From the IMG/VR virus record IMGVR_UViG_3300032218_001174, positions 1-27,166 of that record: a stretch of 27,166 nucleotides of DNA; one strand, 5' to 3'. The notes below the pieces were generated by a model. That model did not search any database. It saw nothing but the letters and a program-made list of their open reading frames with translations, and was not told the origin of the DNA. A program made the position numbers and the translations under genes. Shown piece after piece: positions 26,368 to 27,166 of this stretch (within the stretch, counting starts at the first letter, position 1; each line of letters begins with the position of its first letter). Source of the stretch: a virus. Taxonomy: Duplodnaviria; Caudoviricetes.

Positions 26368-27132
26368 TTATTGTTGTAAACTAAATGTTGGTTGTTCGTG
26401 TTGTTCTTGACCTAATGCGTAAGCAGCAACTTCTTGCTCTCTTATTGATATTCCAGCATACTGTAATATCTTCATAACTAACTTATACTCATCCTCATTA
26501 GGTAGTTGGAAGTCTTGATAATCTGGTTGAGATTGATCAAACATTGGCTCACCATTACTAATAGTTATATAAGTCCATTTAGGATCCTTAGGATACGTAA
26601 AGTACGTGCATCTTATATTATAATCATTAGCATCGCTGATTGTGTCAGGATACAAGACAATGGTAGATGTTCCGTCTACATTCTGCTCGTAAGTATAGGC
26701 TGGATACATCAAAGATGGTCCAGTCAAGTTAGAATCAGAAAGCATCATTATCCTTGCATTAGAAACCTTTTCAGCTGTACCAATTCTACTACCAGTATCA
26801 TTAAGGCAGTCGATTCTAAGTATCATATAGGCATCACTTCCAGTTGTATCAACTGATGGAGCTAACCATTGATTATTATCGTAATTATCTAAATTTGATG
26901 TAACTAAAAAAGACTCAAGAGTCTCTGCTAATGGCTGCTCAATATCAGCATAGTCAGTACCTGACATACGAGCATTCTCCATATTGATGGTCTTGTTGTA
27001 TGAAGAGTAGTACTCCTCATATAATTCCATCTGTGCTTGCTTCGCATATAAGTTGAAATCAGCAGGTGTAATATAGCCGTAGTTATTCTTATTTATAACA
27101 GATAGAACTGTATTTCTAACTGAGTTTATCAT
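26368..27132 (-). CDS. Tail ring/head-tail adaptor protein (254 aa)
   Basis: INKNNYGYITPADFNLYAKQAQ, YFTYPKDPKWTY and ILQYAGISIRE motifs recall crAss-like ring proteins. Confidence 0.65.
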   Translation of the reverse strand: MINSVRNTVLSVINKNNYGYITPADFNLYAKQAQMELYEEYYSSYNKTINMENARMSGTDYADIEQPLAETLESFLVTSNLDNYDNNQWLAPSVDTTGSDAYMILRIDCLNDTGSRIGTAEKVSNARIMMLSDSNLTGPSLMYPAYTYEQNVDGTSTIVLYPDTISDANDYNIRCTYFTYPKDPKWTYITISNGEPMFDQSQPDYQDFQLPNEDEYKLVMKILQYAGISIREQEVAAYALGQEQHEQPTFSLQQ

Positions 27133-27147
27133 ATTAAAAACTTTTTA

Positions 27148-27159
27148 CAAAGATAATAA
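27148..27159 (-). promoter_or_regulatory. Bacteroidota -7 promoter element (TTATTATCTTTG)
   Basis: Exact TAnnTTTG match 15 nt upstream of the ATG at 27132; identical to 19342-19353. Confidence 0.7.
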
Positions 27160-27166
27160 AAAAAAG

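Noticed and set aside
12515-26856. Plus-strand ORFs within the structural arm (e.g. 12515-12778, 14366-14641, 16151-16357, 26506-26856)
   Set aside because: Antisense shadows of long structural genes, S/F/L/I-rich, with no initiation context
1-27166. Stop-codon reassignment as in some crAss-like phages
   Set aside because: Genes tile densely under the standard code, and TAA, TAG and TGA all serve as genuine stops
1-27166. tRNA, CRISPR array, intron or intein
   Set aside because: Intergenic gaps are too short once small ORFs are counted; no repeat-spacer pattern, and no intein or homing endonuclease motifs seen by eye

Overview
Fragment of a dsDNA podovirus-type phage genome that most likely infects Bacteroidota (Flavobacteria-like). 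Host evidence: TAnnTTTG promoter elements, AT-rich leaders with no Shine-Dalgarno, and a BT4734/VirE-N primase. The left arm (+ strand, 1-10142) is a recombination/replication/nucleotide module: Sak3-type annealase, PD-(D/E)XK exonuclease, mini-SSB, primase-helicase, SF2 helicase, VRR-NUC nuclease, DnaA-domain-IV HTH protein, HTH-metallophosphoesterase and a MazG-like small protein. The right arm (- strand, 27132-10135) is a virion tail/ejection module: two crAss-like ring proteins, a split muzzle/stabilisation protein, a GNAT-like protein and three ejection proteins, the largest a 2121-aa LPD38 polyvalent protein with an ART-like domain. The arms converge on a perfect 22-bp palindrome. The most intriguing signal is an A10 slippery tract at codons 25-28 of the giant ejection gene, which opens a 43-codon aromatic/basic -1 frame and may be a programmed frameshift/dual-coding element. 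All family calls come from motif recognition by eye, with no database searches. No tRNA, CRISPR, integrase, DNA polymerase or reverse transcriptase was seen.
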